Positions 28,389-38,800 of a stretch of DNA of 64,000 nucleotides are shown here, piece after piece. Every line of letters starts with the position of its first letter. The stretch's first letter is position 1. The notes under the pieces are model-generated. The model made no database searches. It was not told where the DNA came from and saw only the letters and a program-made list of their open reading frames with translations. Origin of the DNA: Candidatus Omnitrophota bacterium (GTDB taxonomy: Bacteria > Omnitrophota > Gorgyraeia > 1-14-0-20-64-10); NCBI GenBank assembly GCA_023248155.1, contig JAHFFE010000005.1:29057-93056 (forward strand), written 5' to 3'. The position numbers were made by a program, and so were the translations under genes.

Positions 28389-29856
28389 GCCCGCTGTTTC
28401 CGCGGCAAAAGTGGTTACCACGGTAAGCGTGCACGGCAATTGTTTGAAAGTGCTTCAGGTTGAATTAGCAGGCTCATCCTCCTCGATTGATTTTCCAAAC
28501 GCGGACGCGCTGAAGGTGTTAGGCGTTAAAGCGCTTCGTCTGTCCGAATTAAAAGAACCGGCCATCGCGCAAGCATTGCGAGGCATGGTCGATTCATTGC
28601 CGGTGCGCACGCGGGAATTGGTCGGTCTTTTGCCCGCCAGTGAAATATTAACGCGCTATGTCACACTTCCTTCCCAGCAGACTTCCGAATTATCCGCCAT
28701 GGTTCGTTATCAATTGGACGGCGCGCTTCCGTTTTCCGTGGAAGATTGCGTCCTGTCAATTAAGGTGCTGGAGCAATCGAATGGTTCAACGCGTGTGCTG
28801 GCCGCGGCGGTGCATCGGCCCGTGGTTGAACGGTTAATTCAATTGTGCCAATCGGCCGGCCTGGTATTAACGGAGATTTCCGCCTCAGGGGAGGCCGTCG
28901 GATATTTGCACCGTGCCTGCTGGCCGGCGGGTGTGCCCCGAATCACCGGGGGATGGCTGGCCGCCGAGCTATCGTCGGACGGTTTGGATTTGACTGTTTT
29001 TTCCGGAAATTCGCTGGTCTATATGCGGCAGATTACGCACGCGGTCGATGATGCCGAAGAATTCGTCCGATTGATCAAAGAAACACAGCGCGCTTATGAA
29101 CGGGAGAATGTGGGGCCGTCCGTCCAGTGCGTTACGCTGGGCGGCGCCGCCGTGTGGATGTCCACCTTGCCTCTGGAATCGTTCGAGCGAGAGTTGGGAA
29201 TTCCCGTGCATCGGGTTGATTCGGAAGAACAATCCATTTTAGGCAAATCATTGAAGGGGATTACGCAAGAATTCGGACAATCCATTTCTTTCTCCGATTT
29301 GTTGGGAGCCGCGTGCGGCACCCGCTCCGTCAGTCTCGATTTGCTTCCGCTGGAGAGCCGCCTGGTCCGCGCGCGCGGACTTTTCTTCCAAGAAGTCCAA
29401 AAGACGGCCGCGCTGGGATTACTCTGTTTAACGATCGGTCTGTCGTGGGGCGGCGTTCATCGGGCTGGGCTTTGGTGGCAATTAAAAGAACTGCAGCGGC
29501 AAACCGACAGCATTAAGCCGCGCGCCGCTCGGGTTCAATCGATGGCGGAATCCATTCGAACGCTGGCGGCGGCTCGGGAAGACTATCTATTCCAGCTGGA
29601 ATCGATTCGCCGTGCCACAGACCGGCTCTCTTCGGGCATGACGCTTCAATTTCTGGGATTGGAATCGGGCCGGTCGCTGGTGCTGCGCGGAACGGGGCCG
29701 GAATTATCCGCGGTTACGGCCTACGCCTCTTCGCTGCGTGACAGCGCGTTCTGGTCGGATGTGGCGCTCAATTCGGCAAAAAAACAAACGAGCGGCGATC
29801 GCGTCGAATTTGAATTCACGTTGAAACCTGCCGTGGAACCCCGAAAAAAACAATGA
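28378..29856 (+). CDS. GspL/PilM-PilN-like assembly platform protein
   Basis: Actin-like N-terminus (RYVTLP, LPFSVED), LDLLP, one TM, periplasmic coiled coil; operon context. Confidence 0.7.
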   Translation: MKTKPAVSAAKVVTTVSVHGNCLKVLQVELAGSSSSIDFPNADALKVLGVKALRLSELKEPAIAQALRGMVDSLPVRTRELVGLLPASEILTRYVTLPSQQTSELSAMVRYQLDGALPFSVEDCVLSIKVLEQSNGSTRVLAAAVHRPVVERLIQLCQSAGLVLTEISASGEAVGYLHRACWPAGVPRITGGWLAAELSSDGLDLTVFSGNSLVYMRQITHAVDDAEEFVRLIKETQRAYERENVGPSVQCVTLGGAAVWMSTLPLESFERELGIPVHRVDSEEQSILGKSLKGITQEFGQSISFSDLLGAACGTRSVSLDLLPLESRLVRARGLFFQEVQKTAALGLLCLTIGLSWGGVHRAGLWWQLKELQRQTDSIKPRAARVQSMAESIRTLAAAREDYLFQLESIRRATDRLSSGMTLQFLGLESGRSLVLRGTGPELSAVTAYASSLRDSAFWSDVALNSAKKQTSGDRVEFEFTLKPAVEPRKKQ

Positions 29857-30374
29857 ATAAAACAGCTTCGTTTCTGGGGTTGGCGATTTTCTTCTTCGTT
29901 GGAAGCATGGCGCTGGTTTTTTCCGGACAACGGTTTATGGAGTCCTGGAATCGGGATCTGCGGAGTTTAGAAGCGGGCCAGGAACGGTTGCGCCGCCAGG
30001 AAGGATGGCTGTTAGTTCAGGATGAAGTGAAGAAATGGCATGATCAGGCGTGGGGTAATTCGTCGGGTTTAAGCGGCCAGCGCGCTTATTGGTTTGGGTT
30101 GGAAGGGTTTCAGCAGATGGCGCAGTCCCAGGGTCTTGCCGTCACCGAAATTCGCCCCGCGATTCTTCAAGCCGGATCTAAACAGGAACCCCTCTACCGC
30201 TTGGACGCGAAAGTAACCGGGCCCATGGATAACATGGCTCTTTTGTTGAAACAGCTTCCCGAACGGATTCCCGGTGTTCAGTTGGAAAGCGTTCAGTTCT
30301 CGCCGTTGGAAGAGGGGCAGATTCAGGGGTTAATTCGTCTGATGTTGAGGGGAGATCCGTCCGTTGCCGGATAA
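29853..30374 (+). CDS. GspM/PilO-like protein
   Basis: N-terminal TM, coiled coil and ferredoxin-like C-terminus; operon position. Confidence 0.6.
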   Translation: MNKTASFLGLAIFFFVGSMALVFSGQRFMESWNRDLRSLEAGQERLRRQEGWLLVQDEVKKWHDQAWGNSSGLSGQRAYWFGLEGFQQMAQSQGLAVTEIRPAILQAGSKQEPLYRLDAKVTGPMDNMALLLKQLPERIPGVQLESVQFSPLEEGQIQGLIRLMLRGDPSVAG

Positions 30375-30867
30375 ATCAGCGGCTGATCTGTTATCGATTC
30401 AGCAGCTGGAAGATAATCGCCGCACCTTAAGCCGTGTCCGCGTGTTATTCTGGATTCTGCTGCCTATTTTGCTGGCAGCAGCTGTTTTGGAATCGTTCGT
30501 CTGGATGAAATCAATTCGCCGAAAACCGGAACCGCTGGCTCCCTCGATCGATGATTTAAAGAAGCCGCTGCCTGAAATCCCGGCACTGGTATTGTCGTCC
30601 GCTTTGTTTGAAATCAAGAAAACGGCTGTACCGGTCAAGCCGCCGGTTGAAACGGCTCCGATGCAGGTGGCTACCGAGCAGGTCCAATGGAAATTGCGCG
30701 GAGTGATCATGGCCGGGAATAAGCGGGCCTCCTTAGAAGATCCGAAAACGCAGCAAACGGTTTGGGTTTCCGAGGGTGACCGCGTCGGAAATTTTGTCGT
30801 GAAGAAAATTGATTCCAACGCTGTCTTGCTTGAACTGGAAGGGAAGGATTATGAAATCCGAATCTAG
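30364..30867 (+). CDS. GspC/PilP-like protein
   Basis: TM followed by WKLRGVI...VSEGDRVG..VKKI; directly before the secretin. Confidence 0.65.
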   Translation: MPDKSAADLLSIQQLEDNRRTLSRVRVLFWILLPILLAAAVLESFVWMKSIRRKPEPLAPSIDDLKKPLPEIPALVLSSALFEIKKTAVPVKPPVETAPMQVATEQVQWKLRGVIMAGNKRASLEDPKTQQTVWVSEGDRVGNFVVKKIDSNAVLLELEGKDYEIRI

Positions 30868-32653
30868 ATTAAGCAGGGCGCGCCGATTTACTGCCATCGG
30901 GCTGGCCGTTTCCCTGGTTCTGCTCCTGACCGGCGATTCTTTTTCGGAAGAAACAAAAAAAATTACCATGAATTTTCAGGGGTTGGATATTGTCGAGGTC
31001 TTGAAGATTTTGGCCGAGCAATCCGGGTTTAATTTGGTGGCCGGCAAGAATGTCAGCGGCCGCGCGACCCTTTTCTTGAAGGATGTCGATCCATGGGAGG
31101 CGCTCGAGGTTGTTGTGGCTGCCAACGAGTTGGCCTATGAAAAGAGAGGCGATATTTTGACGGTAATGAGCCAGCGGGACTACGAGCTGATCCACGGTCA
31201 GCCGTATCAGGATCGCCGGGCGGTCCGCTCTTTCGCGCCCCGCTATGCGAAAGCGGCCGATGTCAGCCGGGCCTTGGCTCAAATGAAATCGAATGTCGGC
31301 CGAGTGATCGCTGATGAAGCAACCAACACGCTGATCCTCATGGATACGCCGGACCTGGTCGAGCAGATGCTGAAGATTTCACAGCAGATGGACCAGCCCG
31401 TCGAGACGCGCGTGGTATCCCTTAATAATGCGCCGGTGAAGGGTCTTCTTCCATCGATACAGGAGTCCCTCACCAAAGGGGTTGGCCGGTTGTCGGCCGA
31501 TGAACGCAGTAATCAGCTGGCGATCACCGATTACCCGGCGCGCCTCAATGAAATCGTTCGGATGGTGAAGGCTTTCGATGAGCGATCCAGCGAAGTCCTC
31601 ATCGACGCCAAGATCGTTCAAGTCACTCTCTCCGATAAATTGCAGTTGGGGATCGACTGGCAGACTTTCATCAGCAAGCAGCTTCAGCTCCAGGGGGCTA
31701 CCGCGCTGAATTTAACCACGGGCGCCATTGCCACCTTCAACGCGTTGGATGGAGCTCAAACCGGTTCTGCCAAGGTGGTGATCGAAGCGCTGCGTACTTT
31801 CGGAAACACCCGCATTTTGTCCGAGCCCCGGCTGCTGGTGGTCAACAACCAGGAATCTAAAATTCTGGTTGGTTCCAAAGAACCGTATGTAACCACCCAG
31901 ATTTCGCAGACCGGAACCGGCACTTCCGTTACCTCGGAGACGGTCAACTTTATTGATGTAGGTGTTAAATTATTCGTGACGCCGACCATTACGCGGGATG
32001 GTTTTGTGCTGATGAAGATTCGCCCGGAAGTTAGTTCGAGAACAGGAACCTTAACGACCTCAGAGAAAAACGAGATACCGATTGTTGAAACGGCTGAAGC
32101 CGAGACCGTTTTATTGGTGCAGGACGGTGGAACCGTAATTTTGGGCGGATTGATTAAAGATGAAGAATTGCTGGACGAACAGCGGATCCCATTCCTGGGG
32201 GATCTCCCTGTTCTGGGTATCCCGTTTCGTTCCCATAGCAAGACCGTTAAGCGGACTGAACTAATCGTTCTTTTGACTCCGCGCATCGTCACCGGGCAAC
32301 GAGGAGAAACTTTTTTCGCCACGCCCGAGGCGCAAGATAAAGCTCAAGCCCCCCAGCTTTTCACATCCGGCCCTGAAACAGAAGAACTCTACGCACGGAC
32401 ACTGGAAGAGGGAATTCAGCGAGTGTCCCGGGTGCAGTCTTTGCTGGGCGCGAAGAAAGGAACGGTTCAGATGAAAGTGACGCTCTTCCCGGATGGGCGC
32501 ATCCAGGGGTTTCCCGAGGTACTCTCTTCCGATGACCCCAGCTTGATCGAGCTGGCTAAAACAGCTATTTTGGCTGCCGCCCCGTTCCCGGCGTTTCCCT
32601 CTGATTTGGAGCAGATTCCAAAGACATTCACAGTTCCCGTGCAGTACGAATAA
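30851..32653 (+). CDS. gspD: Secretin (GspD/PilQ family) with a C-terminal TonB/TolA-like domain
   Basis: STN/N domains, DEATNTLI, DERSNQL, VLIDAKIV, LGIDW, DVGVKLFVTP, ILGGLI, IPFLGDLPVLG, ELIVLLTP; ~90-aa tail GTVQMKVTLFPDG...AAPFPAFP. Confidence 0.88.
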   Translation: MKSESRLSRARRFTAIGLAVSLVLLLTGDSFSEETKKITMNFQGLDIVEVLKILAEQSGFNLVAGKNVSGRATLFLKDVDPWEALEVVVAANELAYEKRGDILTVMSQRDYELIHGQPYQDRRAVRSFAPRYAKAADVSRALAQMKSNVGRVIADEATNTLILMDTPDLVEQMLKISQQMDQPVETRVVSLNNAPVKGLLPSIQESLTKGVGRLSADERSNQLAITDYPARLNEIVRMVKAFDERSSEVLIDAKIVQVTLSDKLQLGIDWQTFISKQLQLQGATALNLTTGAIATFNALDGAQTGSAKVVIEALRTFGNTRILSEPRLLVVNNQESKILVGSKEPYVTTQISQTGTGTSVTSETVNFIDVGVKLFVTPTITRDGFVLMKIRPEVSSRTGTLTTSEKNEIPIVETAEAETVLLVQDGGTVILGGLIKDEELLDEQRIPFLGDLPVLGIPFRSHSKTVKRTELIVLLTPRIVTGQRGETFFATPEAQDKAQAPQLFTSGPETEELYARTLEEGIQRVSRVQSLLGAKKGTVQMKVTLFPDGRIQGFPEVLSSDDPSLIELAKTAILAAAPFPAFPSDLEQIPKTFTVPVQYE

Positions 32654-32744
32654 TCTTTCCACACCCTTGATTTCCGGGTTATTTTCAGCCAAACTTCCTT
32701 TGTAAGTTGATGCGCAGATTCACAAACTGAAAAAAGCACACTTC
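32646..32744 (+). repeat. Duplicated S8-gene upstream segment, copy 1 (riboswitch 5' stub)
   Basis: Ungapped similarity to 39306-39404; a 43-nt core (32700-32742) is also shared with 44327-44369. Confidence 0.8.
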
Positions 32745-32747
32745 AAC

Positions 32748-32790
32748 CGCTTCTGGTTCTCCCAATAGGGGGAATGGGAAGCGATTTTTA
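32748..32790 (+). terminator. Putative intrinsic terminator/attenuator in the leader of S8 gene 1
   Basis: CGCTTC...TTCTCCC-AATA-GGGGGAA...GAAGCG followed by ATTTTTA. Confidence 0.5.
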
Positions 32791-32845
32791 TGGGGACTAT
32801 ATTGAGCGATTGCTTTAGTTTTTGATCGAAAGCCTGGGGTGCCTG

Positions 32846-35800
32846 ATGGTAATTCTGAAATTTGGCATATCAAAAAATTGGAACAGACTGATCTCCGTTG
32901 CTTTGATCTTTTCTGTCTGTTTCTCGCCCGCATCTCCGGGTGCCGCCGAGGAAAACAAAAGGGGATCATTCTCAGAGAAAACTCCAGCTGCTGTTACTAA
33001 AATTAACGATCAGGGCGATGTAGAGACCAAAGATTCGGCGGATTCTGATGGAAACGACGCATTCCTGCCGGATGAGCTCATTATTAAATTAAAAGACGGT
33101 AAGACACCGAATGATATTGAAGACCTCAATAAGCAGTATGGAGTCATCTCGAATACCAAGCTCTTTGGCGAGAACGCCTCTCCGGAAGACCACTTAAAGG
33201 ATCTCAGGAAAAAATTACAGGAAAAAGAAACTACTCATGAGTCCTGGTATTGGCAGATTGACAAAAATTCCGAAGAATACAAGGAGTATGTGGCCAGGCT
33301 TGAGAAAGAAAAAGAAGAGCTTAAAGAGAGAATCCAGCATTTTGAGCAGAGACTTAAAAGAGCTTCTGGCTATCAGGAAGCCGCCAGAGCTCTCGAGAAT
33401 ATTTACAAATTAAACTTTGCCCAATCCGCAGATATTCCAAGCATCGTTAAAATCTATTCTGCTAATCCTGCGGTAGCCTATGCCGAACCCAACTACAAAG
33501 TAAGCACGAACCAGATTCCCAATGATCCTCGATATCCCGAACAATGGGGTCCTGACAAGATCCAGGCACCGCTTGCCTGGGATGTCACCACAGGTTCCAG
33601 TCAAGTAATCGTTGCTGTTATTGATACGGGAGTAGACTACAACCATCCGGATTTGTCTGCCAATATCTGGAGCGACCCAATCACCGGACAGCATGGATAT
33701 GATTTCTTCAATAAGGACAACGATCCGATGGACGACAACGGTCATGGTACCCACTGCTCCGGCATTGCCAATGCGGTGACCAACAACAGCGTTGGTATTG
33801 CCGGTATCTCCTGGAACTCCAGGATTATGGCAGTTAAATTTCTGAGTGCTTCAGGGTCTGGAAGTATTGACGACGGTGCCTCAGCCATCCGCTGGGCCGC
33901 CGATCACGGCGCCGATGTTCTTTCCAACAGTTGGGGTGGCGGCGGCTATTCCGAAACCGTTAATCTTGCGATTGAGTACGCTCATTCTTTGGGCTGTGTA
34001 GTTGTGGCTGCCGCTGGAAATGATAACACCAATCAGATTTTTTATCCGGCCGGCTATGAGCATGTCATCTCCGTTTCGGCAACCGATCAGAATGATGTCA
34101 AAGCCTATTTCTCCAATTATGGATATTGGGTGGATGTAGCCGCTCCCGGCGTTTCAATTCTATCGACGGTACCTTCTTCGAGCGTGTCGTTGGGGGATCC
34201 TTCAGGGTATAAGCTTCTCAACGGTACTTCGATGGCGTGTCCGCATGTAAGCGGTCTTGCTGCTCTTATTGTTGGGAGCCATCCCGAATTTTCTGATGCA
34301 GATGTATTGAGTGTGTTGAAAGCGACAGCGGATGATATTTTGTCTGCAAATACATCTTATATTGGGCAGGGCAGGATCAATTGCCGCAAAGCGTTGCAAG
34401 TCACTAAACCACCCCCCACGGGAGCGCTTGTCACGGAAGGAGTTTTGTCCGGCAAACGAGTGATACGGGGGATAGCCGGCGGGAGCGATTTCACTGGATA
34501 CTCTCTTTATTATGCCCCAGGACGGGACGCCGTCTCAAGCAGCTGGACGCTCATTGCCCATGCCACAGGTGCTGTTCAGGATGATTTTTCAACACCTCAA
34601 AAAAACGACGGTATCTTATATGCTGATTTTGACACCACTCGGTTAAGCGATGGAAACTACACGCTGAGACTGGTAGTGGAAGGACAAAATAACCTGAATG
34701 TGGAGTACAGAACCAATATTCAATCGAAGAACATCACGGTAGCATTCCCATTGAATAACGACATTCTGAAAAAAGGAGAAACATTTACCATCCGTGGAGG
34801 TATCCTCGGATCATTCTTGGATTATTCCATTGAATATGGTGAAGGTAATAGTCCGACAGTCTGGAAAACGGCAGGAATAACGCTGCTTCATCAGGGGTTG
34901 GGTGAAAATTACGATGGTAATCTTGCGTCCTGGGATACCTCTGTGCTAACCCCCGTCGCTTACGGGCCAGGAAATTTCTACACATTAAGGATCACTGTCA
35001 GAAGGTCATTTGGCGTTATGACGAGTTTTGTTCGTATGGTTTATTTGGACGATAAACTCAAGAGAGGTTGGCCGCAATATATTCCGGAGATAACTGATTA
35101 CATGCCGATTGTGACTGCCGATTTGGATCATGATGGCAGGAAGGAGATTATTATAGTTCAACCGCCTGGTCTGCCGGGTAATCCGACATTACTTTTTGTC
35201 TATAATACTGACGGTTCCTTGCGGTGGTCAAGGCGGTTCAACAAGGATTACAGCGACGGCCAATTCGCTATTCCAGTGGTTGGAGATATGGATGGTGATG
35301 GTTTGCAGGAGATTTTCTTAGCCACACGAAGCGATTCGGATGTTTTTGGCAGTGAAATCCAGGCGATCCGATCAGATGGGTCGGATTTTGGTCACGGATG
35401 GCCTGTTTTTGTGCCCTCTGGCGGCTGTTCCATGCTTGTGAGTGATTTGGACAGGGATGGAAATGTCGAGCTCGTTGTCCGAACGGCCTATCCAACTTAT
35501 GATATAGGAATAGGCGCTCAGTACGTTACCAGCCTGTATATTATCAATAGGCAAGGCCAAATTGGTGTATCAGTTCCTATGCCTTTTGATCATAACCCTG
35601 CAGATCCGCCCAACTTTTCCCATCCCCAGTTTTTGGCTATCGGTAATTTTGATGACGATCCACAAATGGAGATTGTCACGCATTGCCAGGGAGTGAAGAT
35701 CGCTGTTTTTAATATGGACGGATCCATGTTGCCCGGTTGGCCGGTTCGGGTGGGGGAGGCTTTATGGGGGCCTCCCGTCGTGGGTGATGTTGACCGCGAT

Positions 35801-38800
35801 GGCTACGATAACATTGTAGTCGGAACTTTCTTGTGGGATACCTCCGCAGGGGGCCTTTTCGTGCTGGATAAAGACGGCCATACTTTGCCTGGATGGCCTG
35901 TGCTGGCAGATGGCAGTTTTTATACATCTCCCGCTTTGGGAGATTTGGATGGAAATGGATATCTTGAGATTTGTATAAGCCTTGGAAAATGGACATATCT
36001 TTTTGACTATCGCGGGAATAGGTTGCCCGGATGGCCGCGAGAAACCAACGATTATTCCAATTTTTTTAATTCCAATCTTCTTGGGGATGTTAACGGAGAC
36101 GGGAAGGTCGATGTGGTGGCTCGGGCAGGAGGATTTCGATCCGCTGTTGTTCGAACAGGGGATACTTCCACCAGCGGCGGCATTTACGCGTGGAATCTGG
36201 ATGGATCACCCATTGATTTGAATCCTTACTCGAGTAATGTGAATCTTTTTACCGAGTCTTTTTTAGTGGCGTTTGTGGGCACATTCGCGGAGGTGCCTGG
36301 AATTCTTGATGATATTGATAATGACGGAAAAATTGATCTCATCGCCGCTTCAAGAGTCGATATAAAGTGGGTGTCCGATGAAGAGCGAATGGCCGGTGCG
36401 GCTGCTGAGTACAAAAAAAGAGGTTCTATTTACGTATGGAGCCTGGACGCGGCGTATAACGCATCTAAAACTCCCTGGCCTATGTTCCAACATGACAATG
36501 CATGCACTGGCCGTGATCTAGCCGACAAGGATCTGTCGAAACATCCCGACGATCTTGCTCCTCCGAATGTTTTCATGACTGCGCCGGCCCATGATGCGAT
36601 TATTGCCGGAACGATAGAAGTTTCGGCCGAGGCATCTGATAATGTCGGTGTCTCTGGAGTTCAATTTCAGCTGGACGGAGTAAACCTGGGAGACGAAGAC
36701 ACGGAGGCTCCTTATTCGACGGTTTGGGATACGTCAACTTCTGATGCCGGTTATCATACGCTGGGTGCGGTTGCCAGAGACAGTGCCGGCAACAGTGCCG
36801 CATCCATCCTGATCGCGGTAACGGTTAACAGCGTGCCGGTTCTGAACCCCGTTGCGGATCAGGCGGTGCGGGAGATGGATCGGTTAGAGTTTACGTTATC
36901 GGGTACCGATGACGATGGCGATGCTTTAACCTATTCCGCTGATAATCTTCCGGCCGGTGCCAGCTTTAATCCGACCAGTGGTCTTTTTGCATGGACTCCT
37001 GATTATACGCAGGAGGGAGCTTACTCGGTGTACTTTACGGTGAATGATGGGGTGGATGTATCGAATACTCAAACAGTTAATATCACCGTAGAGAATGTTA
37101 ATCGCTTGCCAGTGCTAAACGCGATCCCGGCGCAAACGGTGGATGAAGGAAGTCCGATCTCTGTGACGCTGAGCGGTTCGGATTTGGACGGAGAATCGCT
37201 GACGTACTCCTCTGGAAATCTTCCGACCGGCGCTGTCTTGAACGCCTCTACGGGTTTGTTTGAGTGGACGCCTGACTATACGCAGTCGGGGTCTTATTCG
37301 GTGAGCTTCACGGTGAGTGATGGGACAGCGGTATCGGATACTCAGACAATGAACATCACCGTGCAGAATGTGAATCGCTCTCCAGTGTTGAATGCGATTC
37401 CCGCACAAACGGTGGATGAAGGAAGTCCGATCTCTATTACGCTGAGTGCTTCTGATTTGGACGGAGAATCACTGACGTACTCCTCCGCAAATTTACCGAC
37501 TGGCGCTGTTTTGAATGCCACGACCGGTTTGTTTGAGTGGACGCCTGATTATACGCAGTCGGGGTCGTATTCGGTAAGTTTCACCGCCAGTGATGGGACG
37601 GCGGTATCGGATACTCAGACAGTTGATATCACCGTAGGGAATGTCAACCGTTCTCCCGTGTTGAACGCGATTCCGGCGCAAACGGTTGATGAAGGGAGCC
37701 CGCTCTCGGTAACGCTGAGCGCTTTGGATGCTGATGGCGAATCGCTGACGTACTCCTCTGGAAATCTTCCGGCCGGCGCTGTTTTGAATGCCACTACCGG
37801 TTTGTTTGAATGGATGCCCGACTACACGCAGTCGGGGTCTTATTCAGTGGACTTCACCGCCAGTGATGGAACAGTGGTGACGGGTGCTCAAACAATAAAC
37901 ATCACGGTGCAGAATGTGAATCGTTCACCGGTGTTGAACGCGATTCCTGCGCGAACGGTGGATGAAGGAAGCCCGATCTCTGTGACGCTGAGCGCTTCGG
38001 ATTTGGACGGAGAATCGCTGACTTACTCCTCTGGAAATCTTCCGGCCGGCGCTGTTTTGAATGCCACTACCGGTTTGTTTGAATGGATGCCCGACTACAC
38101 GCAGTCGGGGTCTTATTCAGTGAGTTTCACGGCCAGTGATGGGACGGCGGTATCGGATACTCAGACAGTTGATATCACCGTAGGGAATGTCAACCGTTCA
38201 CCGGTGTTGAACACGATCCCTGCTCAAACAGTGCCGGAAGGGAATCCTTTGGAATTTGTATTCTCAGGGACTGATCCGGACGGAGACGCGTTGACTTATT
38301 CGGTGGGTTCCTTGCCGGTTGGCGCGGTCTGGGATGCTTCTACGCACACCCTTCGTTGGACTCCGACTTATACGCAGTCAGGGCCTTATTCGATAACTTG
38401 TACTGTTTCGGATGGGTCATTGAATGCTTCTGGAACGATGAGTATTACGGTACAGAATGTGAACCGTTCACCGGTGCTTAGCGCGATCCCGGCAAAGACG
38501 GTCGATGAAGGCAGCCCGATCTCTGTCACGCTGAGCGCTTCAGATCCAGACGGAGAATCTCTGACGTACTCCTCCGCAAATTTACCGACCGGCGCTGTGT
38601 TGAATGCCTCTACGGGTTTGTTTGAGTGGACGCCGGGGTATACCCAGGGAGGTCCGGGTTTGGGCACTCCGTATACGATCCAGCTGACGGCCAGCGATGG
38701 CCAGCTGTCTGACACCAAGAGTTTTTCTGTTAACGTCAAAAATAAGAACGGTCCGCCGGAGCTGGCCTTGATCGGGAAGAAAACGATTAACGAGAACGAG

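Noticed and set aside
32729-32790. A second, cGAMP-type (A20) riboswitch before S8-1
   Set aside because: Only the 5' stub is present; the CGCAAAG junction and P3 are missing.
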